64,000 nucleotides of DNA. It comes from Bacteroidota bacterium. Lineage in GTDB: Bacteria > Bacteroidota > Bacteroidia > Bacteroidales > GCA-2748055. Below are positions 18,445 through 27,346 of the stretch, in pieces (the stretch's first letter is position 1; each line of letters begins with the position of its first letter). Under the pieces are notes generated by a model, which worked only from the letters and a program-made list of their open reading frames with translations, ran no database searches and was not told the DNA's origin. The DNA is taken from contig JBDLIM010000007.1 of assembly GCA_039714915.1 (NCBI GenBank), positions 13,437 to 77,436 of the forward strand, written 5' to 3'. The translations under genes were made by a program, and so were the position numbers.

Positions 18445-19419
18445 ATGTATACACTGCTTGAAGCTCAGAACCTGATTGAAAAACATATTCAGAATCTGTC
18501 CATTCCCGATGCTCCCCCGGAATTATACGAACCGGTTAAATATGTCCTTTCCCTGGGAGGGAAGCGCATCCGGCCTGCTCTGGTAATTCTTTCATGCGAT
18601 TTATTTTCTGGAGCGGTGGAATCTGCCCTGATACCGGCTGTGGCCATTGAGGTCTTTCACAATTTCACCCTTGTGCACGACGACATTATGGACCGCTCGG
18701 AGATTAGGAGAGGACAGGCTACAGTGCACATTAAGTACAATAAAAATGTGGCCATACTTTCGGGCGATGTAATGTCCATCCTGGCCAGCCGCCTGATCAA
18801 CCAGTCGCCCGGAGTGGTGCTGAATACGGTACATGATATATTCACAAAGACCGCCATGGAGGTATGCGAAGGACAGCAGATGGATATGAATTTCGAGGAT
18901 CAGCTTATGGTTTCAGGAGAAGAGTACATGCGAATGATACAGTTGAAAACAGCAGTTCTGATTGCAGCCAGCCTGAAAATTGGTGCCATCCTGGGAGGCG
19001 CCTCCCAGACCGATGCCAATGATCTGTATGAATTTGGAAAGAACCTGGGAATGGCTTTCCAGCTGCAGGATGACCTGCTGGATACTTACGGGGATCCCGG
19101 GATCATGGGGAAACAGCTGGGAACCGATATTGTGGATAACAAGAAGACCTTCCTGATGATCACGGCCCTGGAAAACAGTTCACCCGATCAGAAAAAAGAG
19201 CTTATCGACTGGATCACCAACAAGTACTTTAACAGGGAAGAGAAAGTCTCTGCAGTTACAGCTATTTTCGATGACCTGGGAATCAAAGAGCTTACGGAAA
19301 TCCGCATCAGGGAATTCTATGAAAAAGCCCTGGCCAACCTGTCCCACCTGAACAGACCGGAAGAAAGAAAAACCCAGTTATTTAATTTTGCTTCTTTTCT
19401 AATGAATCGCAATAAGTAG
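18445..19419 (+). CDS. Polyprenyl diphosphate synthase (trans-isoprenyl diphosphate synthase family)
   Basis: 324 aa with the first and second Asp-rich motifs (LVHDDIMD and FQLQDDLLD) and GKRIRP near the N-terminus. Product chain length cannot be determined by eye. Confidence 0.9.
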   Translation: MYTLLEAQNLIEKHIQNLSIPDAPPELYEPVKYVLSLGGKRIRPALVILSCDLFSGAVESALIPAVAIEVFHNFTLVHDDIMDRSEIRRGQATVHIKYNKNVAILSGDVMSILASRLINQSPGVVLNTVHDIFTKTAMEVCEGQQMDMNFEDQLMVSGEEYMRMIQLKTAVLIAASLKIGAILGGASQTDANDLYEFGKNLGMAFQLQDDLLDTYGDPGIMGKQLGTDIVDNKKTFLMITALENSSPDQKKELIDWITNKYFNREEKVSAVTAIFDDLGIKELTEIRIREFYEKALANLSHLNRPEERKTQLFNFASFLMNRNK

Positions 19420-19431
19420 TAATTCAGTTTA

Positions 19432-22400
19432 TTAGCCCGGAACACCAGGTCCTGCATTGCTTAATCCAAGCTCCAGCATCAAATCCTGCTGCTCGTATTT
19501 TTGCAGCAGGATCCTTAATTCTTCAAGCTGGTACCTTACCTCGCTGTTTTCCCGTTGAATGGAAGATTTATGCCGGGATTTCATGCCGTTAAAGTAAGAG
19601 AATTCAGCCGCCAGCATCAGGTAGTACTCCTTAAGAATGGTATTGGCTTTTTCTGTCTCCCCGCAGAGGTAATAGGCTTCAATGATTCCCTCGTGATGGA
19701 TAATCCCACCCTGCCGGTCAGGAAGAGTGATACCTGTGATATACTGGTCGAAGGGAAGCACGTGAGAAGGGGACAGATCCATACAGCGATCCAGAACCTC
19801 CACCGCTTTTTCTTTTTTACCCTCATCCAGCAGTTTTATGGCCAGGCGGATATGAATGCCCCTGAAACGTATCACAGACAGGGTACGGATGGTATAATAA
19901 TCAAGCTGAACATCCTCTGCATTCATCCTGCCCCACTGAAATTTATTCATTACGCGATCATACAGGATATCTGTATCTATGTCACCCATTTCCAGAATAC
20001 TCTGGTAAGGAGTTGATACGGGTACCACGCGGTAAGCCAATCCTTCTGAACGGTAGTATTCCTCCAGTCCCAGGGATCCGTCAAAACCGCCTGAGGTATA
20101 GTAAATGGGACGCTTCCATTTATTGGCTCCAAGGATATCCAGCTGTCCCAGGGTGCCCTTCAGGATCTGACTGTTGGGTTTCAGCTGGATCCGGATATTC
20201 TTTGCCAGCCTGTGGGCATCTTTGGTCCTGAGGGTTCCATTGCCAAGTACCCGGGCCGAATCCACAGGAAGTATGAGTTTGTGGGTGGGTATGAAATCCA
20301 CTTTTTCTCCGCTTCTCAGGGGCAACTTGGTTCGTGGATCGTTGCTGGTCATGAATGTGGAGATGTAGTCCACCGTGGCCGACTTTTCATTCTCCCTGAC
20401 GTAGATGGTGTTCCCGGGAACTTTATCATAGGTCGACTGGGGGATGGAAAGGGGCAGGGGCGCTGAGCTGTAATTCTGCCATCTCATCTGATCGATATAC
20501 CAGTTCATATTAAACAGCATTGTGTTGACTATACGGACATCCTCGCGAACTCCTTCCACATCCTGGACGTACCAGAGGGGGAAGGTATCGTTATCGCCGA
20601 CGGTAAATAGAATGGCATCGGCATCACAAGAGTTCAGGTAATTGCGGGCAATATCCCTGGCAATGTACCGGCCCGAACGGTCGTGGTCGTCCCAGTTTTC
20701 CATGGCCAGCATGGCAGGTACGGCAAGCATACTAAGGATCAGTGCAGTAAAGGCAGACAGGTTTGCCTTGAGTCTGGACCGCAGGATCTGGAATATTCCT
20801 GCCACGCCGATACCGATCCAGATGCTGAATGCATAGAAGGAACCCGCATAGGCGTAATCCCGTTCCCGGGGCTGATATGGAGTTTGATTCAGGTAAAAAA
20901 CAATGGCCAGGCCCGTAAGAAAAAACAGGCTCATGACCACCCAGAAATCGCGTACATTCTTATCCAGCTGAAAGAACAGGCCCACCAGGCCCAGGAGGAG
21001 GGGAAGAAAATAATAGGTATTTCTGGCAGGATGGTCCTTCATGTGTCCGGGGAGGAGCTTTTGAGGGCCTATCCGGGCAGAATCGAATGCCTTGATCCCG
21101 CTGATCCAGTTCCCGTTCAGCACATTGCCATGTCCCTGCTTGTCGTTTTGTTTCCCCGCAAAATTCCACATGAAGTATCTGAAATACATATGTCCGATCT
21201 GATAGCGGAACAAAAATTCCAGGTTATCCAGGTAGCTTGGATTGGCCGGATCGCTGATGGTAGCGAATTCCTGATAGGCCTGCCTGTGCCTGGAATCCCT
21301 GCTGTACATCCTGGGAAGCAAGACCTTATTTCCCTTCATGATCACATCGGGTTTGTAATAGGCTATTTCGTACTGATTCTTTTCCTTATTCAGAATATGT
21401 ACAGGCTTTTTATACACATAGTCTTCCAGTTCTGCATTATAGAGGTGGCCTTTTACCAGGGGCCTGTCCCCGTATTGTTCCCGGTTCAGGTAGGACAGGA
21501 GCGCAAAGATATTTTCGGGACGGTTCTCATTCATGGGGGGCCCTGCCAGGGACCTGATCACAATAAGCGAGTAGGAGGAGTACCCGATGATGATCACCGT
21601 AATCCCTACCAGGATGGTATTCCAGATCACGTTTTTCTTTACAAACTGAGTTCTGTAAATTCCATAGACCAATCCGCCCAGCAAGAGGGCTACGTAGATC
21701 ACTACACCCACGTTGTAATGCAGGCCGACGGTATTGGTAAAGAATTTTTCCACGACGGTGGCCACTTTGACCAGGCCCGGAATAATCCCGTACATGATGG
21801 AGAGCAGGATGGCAAAGGAGATGGCCAGGGCATAAATGACGCCTTTGCGTGTGACCGTTTTATTCATTTTAAAATAGTACACCAGCACCAGGGCAGGAAT
21901 GGTCAGGAGGTTCAGCAGGTGAACACCGATGGAGAGGCCCATCAGGTAGGCAATAAGGATGATCCAGCGATTGGCTCCCGGTTCATGGGCTACATTTTCC
22001 CATTTGAGCATGGCCCAGAAGACCAGCGCGGTAAAAAGCGAGGAGGTCGCATACACTTCGCCTTCCACGGCAGAAAACCAGAAGGTATCGGAAAATGTGT
22101 AGGCCATGGCTCCAACGAAAGAACCTCCCAGCACCACCATCAGATTTGCCCTGGAGGATTTGTCATCTTCAGTGTCCTGGCTAAGCAATAACTTTTTGAG
22201 GAGGTGGGAGATGGTCCAGAACAGGAACATGATGGTAAATGCACTGGCAAAAGCCGATACTGCATTGATCATCATTGCCACCTTCTCTGTATTGGAAGTG
22301 AAGAGTGAGAAGACCCGTCCAATAATTAAAAACAGAGGTGCTCCGGGAGGGTGTCCTACCTGTAATTTATAGGAGCTTGCAATAAATTCTCCACAGTCCC

Positions 22401-22497
22401 AAAGGCTCACGGTGGGCTCGAGGGTAAGAAGGTAAACGATCAGGGCAATGGCAAAACTGATCCAGCCCAGTATGAGATTTATTTTCTTGAATTGCAT
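19432..22497 (-). CDS. DUF2723-type polytopic membrane protein (glycosyltransferase-C-like) with a C-terminal TPR-like region
   Basis: 1021 aa. The N-terminus FAIALIVYLLTLEPTVSLWDCGEFIASSYKLQVGHPPGAPLF is the hallmark start of the DUF2723 family. There are many TM helices, followed by a large soluble C-terminal part. Confidence 0.8.
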   Translation of the reverse strand: MQFKKINLILGWISFAIALIVYLLTLEPTVSLWDCGEFIASSYKLQVGHPPGAPLFLIIGRVFSLFTSNTEKVAMMINAVSAFASAFTIMFLFWTISHLLKKLLLSQDTEDDKSSRANLMVVLGGSFVGAMAYTFSDTFWFSAVEGEVYATSSLFTALVFWAMLKWENVAHEPGANRWIILIAYLMGLSIGVHLLNLLTIPALVLVYYFKMNKTVTRKGVIYALAISFAILLSIMYGIIPGLVKVATVVEKFFTNTVGLHYNVGVVIYVALLLGGLVYGIYRTQFVKKNVIWNTILVGITVIIIGYSSYSLIVIRSLAGPPMNENRPENIFALLSYLNREQYGDRPLVKGHLYNAELEDYVYKKPVHILNKEKNQYEIAYYKPDVIMKGNKVLLPRMYSRDSRHRQAYQEFATISDPANPSYLDNLEFLFRYQIGHMYFRYFMWNFAGKQNDKQGHGNVLNGNWISGIKAFDSARIGPQKLLPGHMKDHPARNTYYFLPLLLGLVGLFFQLDKNVRDFWVVMSLFFLTGLAIVFYLNQTPYQPRERDYAYAGSFYAFSIWIGIGVAGIFQILRSRLKANLSAFTALILSMLAVPAMLAMENWDDHDRSGRYIARDIARNYLNSCDADAILFTVGDNDTFPLWYVQDVEGVREDVRIVNTMLFNMNWYIDQMRWQNYSSAPLPLSIPQSTYDKVPGNTIYVRENEKSATVDYISTFMTSNDPRTKLPLRSGEKVDFIPTHKLILPVDSARVLGNGTLRTKDAHRLAKNIRIQLKPNSQILKGTLGQLDILGANKWKRPIYYTSGGFDGSLGLEEYYRSEGLAYRVVPVSTPYQSILEMGDIDTDILYDRVMNKFQWGRMNAEDVQLDYYTIRTLSVIRFRGIHIRLAIKLLDEGKKEKAVEVLDRCMDLSPSHVLPFDQYITGITLPDRQGGIIHHEGIIEAYYLCGETEKANTILKEYYLMLAAEFSYFNGMKSRHKSSIQRENSEVRYQLEELRILLQKYEQQDLMLELGLSNAGPGVPG

Positions 22498-22609
22498 AGG
22501 GAAAAATGTAGGTCTAGCGTTTTGATTGGCACGAATTTAACTCTTTTTTTATCACCTGCATGAAAAAACAAATGTTTTGAAAAGAGTTGACAGGTATTAA
22601 AATGGAATA

Positions 22610-22617
22610 TATATTTG
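22610..22617 (+). promoter_or_regulatory. Candidate -7 promoter element TATATTTG upstream of the SUI1-like gene
   Basis: It matches TAnnTTTG and lies 23 nt upstream of the ATG at 22640. A TTGACA lies about 19 bp further upstream. Confidence 0.35.
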
Positions 22618-22639
22618 TGGTTCACTAAATCCAAAAGTC

Positions 22640-22987
22640 ATGACTTTAAAAGGAATGAACGACCTGGATCACACCCTCTACACAGATTACCCCGAATTTG
22701 AATTTGAATACGCCAATAAGAAGGAACCCAATACATTGCCTCCTGAGAAACAAGCCCTGATAGTAGGTCTCGATAAACGACATGCGGATGACAAAGTCAT
22801 TACCTTTATTATGGGTTTTGTGGGAAGGCGTATTGATCTGAAGAAGATAGAAGAAGAATTGCAGGGCGTTTGTCATACCTGTGCATCATCCAAAATGTAT
22901 GATATCATGCTTACCGGAGATGTGCGGAAGCGTGCCTATGTGTATTTGCGTTCCTGTGGATATAAGGTAAAATTTGCAGAAAATTAA
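22640..22987 (+). CDS. SUI1/eIF1-family translation initiation factor-like protein (YciH-like, divergent)
   Basis: 115 aa. The C-terminal 70 aa follow the SUI1 pattern (KVITFIMGFVGRRIDLKKIEEELQGVC...IMLTGDVRKRAYVYLRSCGYKVK). The usual GxGG segment is replaced by HTCASS. Confidence 0.6.
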   Translation: MTLKGMNDLDHTLYTDYPEFEFEYANKKEPNTLPPEKQALIVGLDKRHADDKVITFIMGFVGRRIDLKKIEEELQGVCHTCASSKMYDIMLTGDVRKRAYVYLRSCGYKVKFAEN

Positions 22988-23021
22988 GCACTTCATATAT
23001 GATCACTTTGTCAAAGGCAGG

Positions 23022-25883
23022 ATGGTTCTCATCCTGCTTTTGTTCTTTTCTGCCGGACTGAATGCCCAGTTTTATGAGTATGGACAGGATGCAGGAAGCC
23101 TGAAATGGCGTCAGTTTAAGACTCCCCATTACAGGGTGATTTATCCCGGGGGACTGGATAGTCTGGCCGGGGCATTTGCAAATCGTCTGGAATATTTCTA
23201 TCCTCATTTAGGGGCCTCCCTCGACCATAAGCACAGTCCCATGCCTGTGATCATTCATAACGAATCCTCTTTTTCAAACGGGGTATTTGTATGGGCTCCC
23301 AAACGTCTGGAAATATTCACCAATCCGGATCCCAATGGCTACCACCAGGACTGGCTTAGCCAGCTGGCTCTTCATGAGGGGAGACATGCTTTTCAAATTG
23401 ACAAATTAAATCAGGGCTTAAGCAAGGTACTTTCCTATTTAGGAGGAGAGCAAATGGTAGGGGCCATGGCTGTTTTCCTTCCTTACTGGTACCTTGAGGG
23501 AGATGCAGTGGATGCAGAGACCAGGCTGTCAAATACGGGCAGGGGACGACAACCCTCATTTGAAATGGGACTGAAAGCCCAGTTGCTTGAAACCGGAAGG
23601 GTATATTCCTTCTCGAAGGCTGCCATGGGATCGTACCGTCACTACATACCCAATCATTACGAGCTAGGCTACCTGATGGTGCAGCACGGTCGCAGAAACT
23701 ACGGGGATACCTTCTGGATCGATTTTCAACAATATGCTGCCCGGAAGCCCTACCTGCTGAATCCAACCTACTTCAGCATGAAAAAGTACGGTTTTCGTTC
23801 CAAAAAACAGTTTTATGAGGAGGCGCTTGATGAATACAAGCTGCACTGGATGGTAAACGCCACCGGGCGGTCCCTTTCTCCTTTTACCGACTGGAATGTG
23901 AAGCGCACCCGTCATTTCACCTCTTATACTTTTCCGCATGATATTTCCAGCTCCATGGTATTTGCCCTGAAAAAGGGCATTGACCAGATCCCAGAGTTTA
24001 TTTTCCTGGGTAAGAATGGGGAGGAAAAACGCATTTATCGACCGGGTTTTCTGAATTCGGGCAGGGTAAGCTATTCCGGAAGTCACGTGGTCTGGGATGA
24101 ATTTGTACCCGATATCCGTTGGAGCAACCGGAATTATTCGGTGATCAGAAGTCTGGAAATAGCCACAGGAAAAGTGAAAAATCTGGGTCGAAAGACCAGG
24201 TACTATTCGCCCTCTCTTTCCAAAGACGGATCCAGAATCGCGGCCGTTGAGCAAACAGAAGACCAGCACTTTAACCTGGCCATACTGGGGATTGACGGAA
24301 GGGTGCGGGAGATCATAGCTTCACCAGAGAACCGGTTTTTACAGCACCCGGCATGGATGGAAAAAGATTCGGCCCTTGTCATGATGGTTTCTGAAAAATC
24401 AGGAAAGTCCCTTTACAGCTACACCCCGGCTTCAGGATCCTGGGTCAGGCTGTTTGAAGCTGAATTTGATGATATATCCTACCCGGTGGTGGCAGGGCAT
24501 CGTATCTATTTTGGTGGGACCTTTTCCGGGATTGACAACATTTATTGTCTCGACCTGAGTAAGAATCAATGCTACCAGGTTACTTCGGCCCGTTTTGGTG
24601 CATTTTATCCTCAGCTCTCGGGGGATGGGAAGGTATTATACTATTCCAACTATTCGGCCCTTGGGAACGGGATTGCTTCCTTGCAGGTGAAAGACGGGTT
24701 GTGGAAACCCCTGGAAGAAGCACGTACTCATACCGAGCAAATTAATCACAGCCAGACCCCGGCTGAAAAGGAGGTAATCGACGGTACCTACTCAAACGAT
24801 ACTTTGCAATATACGTCCGGCAGGTATATTAAGGGCCTGCACCTTTTTAATTTCCACTCGTGGCTGCCCCTGTATTTTGACTACCTGAATCCTGAGCTGG
24901 AATTTGATCCTGATCATCTGCCTGTGAGCCCCGGAATCTCCTTGATTTCACAGAACCGGCTGAGTACTGCAGTCAGTCAGCTGGCTTATGAGTACAGGAA
25001 TGGCCACCACATGTTCCATTCCGGGATCAAAATGAAGGGTAAATACCCGGTACTGAACCTTTACTTCGACTACGGTGGCGAGCCCAATGTGCTCTTAATG
25101 GCCGAGGGAGATTCGCTTATATCTTTGCCCAACGATCTGCGGCTTACGGCCCAGACCTATGTACCCCTGCGCTTTAATACGGGAAAATTCCTTTCTCTTG
25201 TTCAACCCCGGATTGACTATAGCTACCGGAGGGATGTTCAGTATGATGAGAACCAGGAAAACTACCGGGTCGGTGCACATTATTTCTATTACAGCCTGTA
25301 TGCATCGACCTACCTGCGAAAAGGCAGGAAGGAGATCCTGCCCCGCCTGGGACTGGTCACCACAGCCGGATATTACCATGCGCCTTTTGAACACCAGCTG
25401 TATGGCTCAGTGGCCAGCGGAGGGATTACCGCTTACCTGCCCGGTGCGCTTAAGCACCAGACCATAAGGCTATCCCTTCGGCACCAGAAACAATATCCCC
25501 TGGACATGTCACGTCCGGCTTTCATCAACCTGATGGGTCTTCCCAGGGGATTGCATGGCATCTATGGGGAGGAGCTTACCCTGCTTAGTGCCGACTATGT
25601 ATTTCCCATCCTGTATCCCGACCTGGAGCTTGGCGCACTCATGTATGTGAAAAGAATCCGGGGAGCCCTGTGGGGAGATAAGATGAGCGGTACCAATGTG
25701 ATCATCAGGCATCCCGATCCCCATTATGAAGATAAGTCCTATTCCACAGTCGGTTTTGACCTGGTGGCGGATGTGAACTTGCTTCGCATCTCATTTCCTC
25801 TTTCGCTGGGAGGACGCTTTATCTACGAGCCTGATACGGGATGGTGGAAGCTTGAGGGGATTTTCTCCGTGGATATCAACTAG
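23022..25883 (+). CDS. Large envelope protein: HExxH metallopeptidase-like N-domain, TolB-like beta-propeller repeats, Omp85-like C-terminal region
   Basis: It has a hydrophobic signal (MVLILLLFFSAGLNAQ) and an HExxH motif (LALHEGRHAFQ). PD40-like repeats are present (YYSPSLSKDGSRIAAV, FYPQLSGDGKVLYYSN). The C-terminal ~330 aa have alternating beta-strand character and a YVFPILYP...IRGALWGD segment reminiscent of Omp85 barrels. The ORF track starts at a TTG (22974); I place the start at the first ATG. Confidence 0.65.
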   Translation: MVLILLLFFSAGLNAQFYEYGQDAGSLKWRQFKTPHYRVIYPGGLDSLAGAFANRLEYFYPHLGASLDHKHSPMPVIIHNESSFSNGVFVWAPKRLEIFTNPDPNGYHQDWLSQLALHEGRHAFQIDKLNQGLSKVLSYLGGEQMVGAMAVFLPYWYLEGDAVDAETRLSNTGRGRQPSFEMGLKAQLLETGRVYSFSKAAMGSYRHYIPNHYELGYLMVQHGRRNYGDTFWIDFQQYAARKPYLLNPTYFSMKKYGFRSKKQFYEEALDEYKLHWMVNATGRSLSPFTDWNVKRTRHFTSYTFPHDISSSMVFALKKGIDQIPEFIFLGKNGEEKRIYRPGFLNSGRVSYSGSHVVWDEFVPDIRWSNRNYSVIRSLEIATGKVKNLGRKTRYYSPSLSKDGSRIAAVEQTEDQHFNLAILGIDGRVREIIASPENRFLQHPAWMEKDSALVMMVSEKSGKSLYSYTPASGSWVRLFEAEFDDISYPVVAGHRIYFGGTFSGIDNIYCLDLSKNQCYQVTSARFGAFYPQLSGDGKVLYYSNYSALGNGIASLQVKDGLWKPLEEARTHTEQINHSQTPAEKEVIDGTYSNDTLQYTSGRYIKGLHLFNFHSWLPLYFDYLNPELEFDPDHLPVSPGISLISQNRLSTAVSQLAYEYRNGHHMFHSGIKMKGKYPVLNLYFDYGGEPNVLLMAEGDSLISLPNDLRLTAQTYVPLRFNTGKFLSLVQPRIDYSYRRDVQYDENQENYRVGAHYFYYSLYASTYLRKGRKEILPRLGLVTTAGYYHAPFEHQLYGSVASGGITAYLPGALKHQTIRLSLRHQKQYPLDMSRPAFINLMGLPRGLHGIYGEELTLLSADYVFPILYPDLELGALMYVKRIRGALWGDKMSGTNVIIRHPDPHYEDKSYSTVGFDLVADVNLLRISFPLSLGGRFIYEPDTGWWKLEGIFSVDIN

Positions 25884-25915
25884 TGCCTATGTGGGCGTCC
25901 GGTCATGATTCAGCC

Positions 25916-26500
25916 CTAATTTCCGGAACTGAAATCCTGGGAGATGGAAAAAAACCCGGGATAAGAAATGCTTTGTCCTCCGACCAGCACACTGGGCTTG
26001 ATCTTCATAACTATCCGGGAAGGCTGATCCCCAGCCCCGAGAAGGTTCATAGCAAAGTTCATCATGGCCTGGGGATTATCTCCCTCCAGGTATTCGATCA
26101 GGTCTGCATGTACCTTGAGCGGAACAATAGCGAGTCCTCCTGAAGGAGCAAGCTCAATGGGACGGTCTAATACTCCGGTGGCAAGCTCCAGCTCATCGAT
26201 ATAAGCCTGCCATTCGATGGAATTCACGGCTGCAGTGCTCGTTCCCGGATTTCTCACTTCCACATTAACCGTAATATCGAAAGGAAGTTCCCCTCTTAAC
26301 AGGTTTGTACCAATTAGCTGTGCATCCATAAAACTGAAATCGGACCAGGAACTGCGGTGGCTGATGTCGATGCCGCACACAGCCGGATCCTGAAAGGAAT
26401 AGAGCCTGAATTCGCACTTTTTAAATGCAGAAAGTTCTGTCAGCACAGAACAGCCGGATACGACCAGCAGGAACAGGGTATATACCAGTATTTTCTTCAT
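25916..26500 (-). CDS. Lipoprotein, LEA_2/WHy (LEA14-like) domain candidate
   Basis: 194 aa with a lipobox (LLVVSGCS). The beta-rich region has ITVNVEVRNPG...IEWQAYIDELELATG, resembling the WHy/LEA type 2 fold. The family call is tentative. Confidence 0.5.
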   Translation of the reverse strand: MKKILVYTLFLLVVSGCSVLTELSAFKKCEFRLYSFQDPAVCGIDISHRSSWSDFSFMDAQLIGTNLLRGELPFDITVNVEVRNPGTSTAAVNSIEWQAYIDELELATGVLDRPIELAPSGGLAIVPLKVHADLIEYLEGDNPQAMMNFAMNLLGAGDQPSRIVMKIKPSVLVGGQSISYPGFFSISQDFSSGN

Positions 26501-26575
26501 GCAAACTTCATGTATTAATGTAAAATAAAAAGAAACACTTCCACGTAATGTAAATGTATATAATTTTGTAGCTGG

Positions 26576-27343
26576 GTGGAAGATATATTTTCATATGGCT
26601 GGTCCGGAATTAAAAAGTTCCTTAGGGACAACCGGATTGCGATCCTGTATACGGTGATCATTCACCTGGTGATCCTGATTATCATGGTATTTGTGAAGGT
26701 TGAAGGATTGAAGAATGGCCGGGAACTGGGCATCGAACTGGAATTTGAAGAGCTTAGCCTGGAAGAAAAAATAGCAGAGGAGATGGAGGAAATCCCGGCT
26801 GATTGGCTGGAACAAATTCTGCTGAAAAGAGAACTTGCCAGCAACAGGGCGGTGAATATGAATGCTGAAAATGAATTCAACAACGATATTTCTACGGACG
26901 AATATGTCAGGGATCTGCTCGATCAGATAGAGCAGGCCAGGAAGGAAGAAGACAAAGAGAAGCTGGAAGAGCTTCAGGCCATTCTGGCCACAGCTGATTA
27001 CGAACCCCCGGCTTCTGAAAACCAGGAACGGGAAGAAAGTGAATATTCGGGTCCTACCACCATTACCTACGAATTCCTGGAGGAACCAAGGAGCAGGGGG
27101 AAGATCATGCTTACCATCCCGGTGTACAGGTGCCAGGGATCGGGTGTGGTAAGAGTGGAAGTGCATGTGGCTCCCGATGGAACAGTGCGCGATGCGCAGG
27201 TGAAGCAACCCATTGAAGGAAACGACAAGGTTTGTTTTGGAGATGCAGCGCTGGCTGCAGCACTTTCCTCAAAATTCAGGATCGAGCTAAGCGGTCCGAC
27301 CAGGCATAAGGCCCTGATTACCTACACTTTCATTGCCCAGTAA
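26576..27343 (+). CDS. TonB-like energy-transducer family protein
   Basis: 255 aa with a GTG start. It has one N-terminal TM helix, a Glu/Lys-rich linker, and a C-terminal ~80 aa with a TonB-C-like pattern (IPVYRCQGSGVVRVEVHVAPDGTVRDAQV ... AALAAALSSKFR ... ITYTF). A TAATTTTG box lies at 26561-26568. Confidence 0.5.
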   Translation: MEDIFSYGWSGIKKFLRDNRIAILYTVIIHLVILIIMVFVKVEGLKNGRELGIELEFEELSLEEKIAEEMEEIPADWLEQILLKRELASNRAVNMNAENEFNNDISTDEYVRDLLDQIEQARKEEDKEKLEELQAILATADYEPPASENQEREESEYSGPTTITYEFLEEPRSRGKIMLTIPVYRCQGSGVVRVEVHVAPDGTVRDAQVKQPIEGNDKVCFGDAALAAALSSKFRIELSGPTRHKALITYTFIAQ

Positions 27344-27346
27344 ACG

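Noticed and set aside
20683-22191. A 502-aa plus-strand ORF, the longest unassigned ORF in the track.
   Set aside because: It lies entirely antisense to the well-supported DUF2723 membrane protein gene. Its translation is low-complexity (His/Gly/Gln/Pro-rich) with no recognisable motifs. This is the typical shadow ORF of a gene whose codon third positions avoid stops on the opposite strand.
22974-23021. An N-terminal extension of the large envelope protein that would overlap the SUI1-like gene.
   Set aside because: The ORF-track start at 22974 is a TTG. The first ATG (23022) directly precedes the hydrophobic signal sequence. The extension and the overlap are therefore not needed, although the TTG start cannot be excluded.
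25883-26143. An 86-aa plus-strand ORF immediately after the large envelope protein.
   Set aside because: It overlaps, in antisense, the 3' half of the better-supported lipoprotein gene at 25916-26500, and it has no recognisable features.
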